Positions 27,653 through 29,362 of a stretch of DNA of 29,362 nucleotides are shown here, piece by piece. The stretch lies in IMG/VR virus record IMGVR_UViG_3300028734_000016; one strand, 5' to 3'. Origin of the DNA: a virus (lineage: Duplodnaviria; Heunggongvirae; Uroviricota; Caudoviricetes). Within the stretch, counting starts at the first letter, position 1; the number at the start of each line of letters is the position of its first letter. Below the pieces are notes generated by a model. It searched no databases. It saw nothing but the letters and a program-made list of their open reading frames with translations, and was not told the origin of the DNA. The translations under genes and the position numbers were made by a program.

Positions 27653-27969
27653 GTATTTTTTCTAACCTCAAATTCTTCAATTTCTGCTGGTGTGAGTTTT
27701 CTTTTAATGTCTTTATCTAATACACATCTTTTTCCACTTATTATTGCAATTTGACCAATATTTGTTGGCGATTTTACTCCATCCCAAGCAACATATTGAT
27801 ATTCATCAAGATAGTCTATATACTCGATTTCTTCAATTATAAATTTGCCTTTTAGGTATGTTTTTTTCGTTAATTGTTTAGAAACAAGAATATAATCTCC
27901 TATGTTATAAGTTGGAGCTTTATCATTTGTGTAATTATAATATTCTTCAAATTTATAAACTTTTTTCAT
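27634..27969 (-). CDS. tagged small protein (MKKVYKFEE...TKKYNI), YNIGDYI motif
   Basis: 111 aa. Confidence 0.85.
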   Translation of the reverse strand: MKKVYKFEEYYNYTNDKAPTYNIGDYILVSKQLTKKTYLKGKFIIEEIEYIDYLDEYQYVAWDGVKSPTNIGQIAIISGKRCVLDKDIKRKLTPAEIEEFEVRKNTKKYNI

Positions 27970-27971
27970 GA

Positions 27972-28622
27972 TTAGAATGATACTTTTTTTAGAATGTCAT
28001 TGTGATGAGTGAATGCTAATTGTGATTTTGATGCCCTATTTAATAACATCCACTTTCCACTTTTTGCATCATCATCAAATGATAGTTCAGATGTGTTTTT
28101 TATGTGAATGACAAATGGAAATGTAAAAAAGTTTATTTCCCTAGGATCATTAGTTCTAATCATAGGTAAAGGTTCAATGTTTTTTATATCATCACTCTTT
28201 GCCTTTGTTTCTTCATTTAGTTCTCTGAGAACGGCTTGCTGTGGTGTTTCTCCTGCATCAATAAAGCCTCCTGGTAAAGCCCAACCCCTACCGTCTTGCC
28301 TTTCTATCAGATAAACTCTACCCTCTCTTAAAGCCACTGCATCAACTGCGAAATTTGCAACATATGATATGATATTACCATCAGTCGTTTCAAAATATTT
28401 AGTTATTGGGTGTCCTGAGTTTACAAAGTTTGCAAATTTGTCATCTATCAATGTCAATTTACCTGCTTGTTCTTTTGGTAGAATATATTCTATCCTGTTG
28501 TCTGTCTTATAAATCCAGTTACCTTCTGGATCTTTATTGATTGCTATTATTGTTACCAATTTGCTCAAATCAAAATTTGATAGAGATTCATTCATATTAA
28601 AATTTTTAAAATTTGTTATCAT
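27972..28622 (-). CDS. Nudix hydrolase (ADP-ribose pyrophosphatase-like)
   Basis: AVDAV...LIER...GWALPGGFIDAGETPQQAVLRELNEET Nudix box; C-terminal LAFTH. Confidence 0.9.
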   Translation of the reverse strand: MITNFKNFNMNESLSNFDLSKLVTIIAINKDPEGNWIYKTDNRIEYILPKEQAGKLTLIDDKFANFVNSGHPITKYFETTDGNIISYVANFAVDAVALREGRVYLIERQDGRGWALPGGFIDAGETPQQAVLRELNEETKAKSDDIKNIEPLPMIRTNDPREINFFTFPFVIHIKNTSELSFDDDAKSGKWMLLNRASKSQLAFTHHNDILKKVSF

Positions 28623-28625
28623 TAA

Positions 28626-28880
28626 TTATAATTCTATTTTTTCAAATGTGTGTGTGATTTCTATTTCTTCATCTTCTTGATTCAATATCATATCATATTC
28701 ATTGATAGTTTTATCCATATCGTAGTATTTTATTTCTTTTTCTGAAAATGTTCTAGCATATTCTATGTCCAATACTAACATTTCGCCAATAACATCATCA
28801 ATATAAAAGTAATAATCATCGTATTTATATACGTATTTTTTTAATAATAAATTCTCATTGAATTTATTTAATCTTTTCAT
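28626..28880 (-). CDS. small acidic protein (MKRLNKFNE...)
   Basis: ATG 28880 preferred over 28985 because it gives the family N-tag and lies 21 nt below a TAnnTTTG element. Confidence 0.7.
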   Translation of the reverse strand: MKRLNKFNENLLLKKYVYKYDDYYFYIDDVIGEMLVLDIEYARTFSEKEIKYYDMDKTINEYDMILNQEDEEIEITHTFEKIEL

Positions 28881-28901
28881 GACTTCAGTTTTTATATTTT
28901 G

Positions 28902-28909
28902 CAAATATA
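28902..28909 (-). promoter_or_regulatory. Bacteroidota-type -7 element
   Basis: Minus strand TATATTTG; the -33 position reads TTTT rather than TTTG. Confidence 0.5.
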
Positions 28910-28971
28910 CAACTATTTTATGTAATAAAAAAATAATATATACATTATATATAAAAAATAATAAATAAATT

Positions 28972-29362
28972 ATGGACCAAAACATTATTAATAAATTGAA
29001 AGGACACGTTCCAGATGTAGTGTTGGCACAAATACCTGAAACTGCAACAAAATTTAATATAACAACATCACTTAGATTGTGTCATTTTTTATCTCAGTGT
29101 GCTCATGAGAGTATGAATTTTTCAGCAGTGAAAGAAAATTTGAATTATTCTGCTGCTGCATTAAAGTCAACATTTCCTAAATATTTTCCTGGTACGTTGA
29201 ATGAATCATATGCTAGAAAACCAGATAAAATCGCGAGTAGAGCATATGCAAATAGAATGGGTAATGGAGATGAAGCATCTGGTGATGGTTATAAATATTG
29301 CGGAAGGGGTTATATTCAACTTACTGGTAAAGTGAATTATTCTGCATTTGATAAACTTGTTA
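28972..29362 (+). CDS. glycoside hydrolase family 19 endolysin, 3'-truncated
   Basis: Manual translation MDQNIINKLKGHVPD...RLCHFLSQCAHES...ENLNYS...YANRMGNGDEASGDGYKYCGRGYIQLTGKVNY; runs off the window end. Confidence 0.92.
   Translation, partial: MDQNIINKLKGHVPDVVLAQIPETATKFNITTSLRLCHFLSQCAHESMNFSAVKENLNYSAAALKSTFPKYFPGTLNESYARKPDKIASRAYANRMGNGDEASGDGYKYCGRGYIQLTGKVNYSAFDKLV

Noticed and set aside
596-27969. KKFNI tag as a type IX secretion CTD or BamA beta-signal
   Set aside because: No signal peptides, no ~70-80 aa CTD, and the terminal residue is I/L rather than aromatic.
929-28314. Other short opposite-strand ORFs (929, 3452, 4337, 4509, 8185, 8635, 15108, 18586, 19247, 21960, 22413, 24015, 28108) and same-strand alternative frames (13600, 19416)
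   Set aside because: All lie largely or wholly within better-supported genes and have no motifs.
28881-28985. N-terminal hydrophobic extension of ORF 28626..28985 as a holin or membrane anchor
   Set aside because: It spans an AT-rich divergent promoter region and overlaps the endolysin start; ATG 28880 is better supported.
1-29362. Stop-codon reassignment as in some large Bacteroidota phages
   Set aside because: Genes up to 1417 aa are intact and tile the window in the standard code; TAG is a rare stop (4891-4893) but no gene appears split by it.
1-29362. Eukaryotic giant virus origin (TATA-like motifs, DnaJ)
   Set aside because: GH19 endolysin, tail-fibre modules, ATGA-coupled operons and Bacteroidota promoters indicate a bacteriophage.
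1-29362. tRNA, rRNA or structured ncRNA genes
   Set aside because: Intergenic gaps are short (under about 150 nt) and AT-rich; no cloverleaf or GC-rich stems seen.

Overview
Fragment of a very AT-rich (roughly 22-25% GC by eye), densely coding, large tailed dsDNA phage (jumbo/huge-phage style), readable in the standard code. Four TAnnTTTG promoter elements, three of them with a correctly spaced (T)TTG, and no obvious Shine-Dalgarno sites point to a Bacteroidota host. Recognisable genes: WYL-like protein, HNH and GIY-YIG homing-type endonucleases, RuvC-like resolvase, dispersed virion/tail proteins, ADP-ribosyltransferase-like protein, HAD phosphatase, bL12-CTD-like protein, UVR-motif protein, DnaJ, SAM methyltransferase, Nudix hydrolase and a truncated GH19 endolysin that is missing from the ORF track. 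The most striking unexplained signal is a set of terminal peptide tags on otherwise unrelated proteins: an N-terminal MK(H/Y)(L/I)Kx(F/Y)E-type tag resembling the T4 capsid-targeting sequence, a C-terminal K(F/Y)N(I/L)-stop tag, and a separate RxxKLxx(I/L) tag. Virion proteins also carry a pervasive [S/T]-G-x-T motif. All family assignments come from motif recognition, not database searches.
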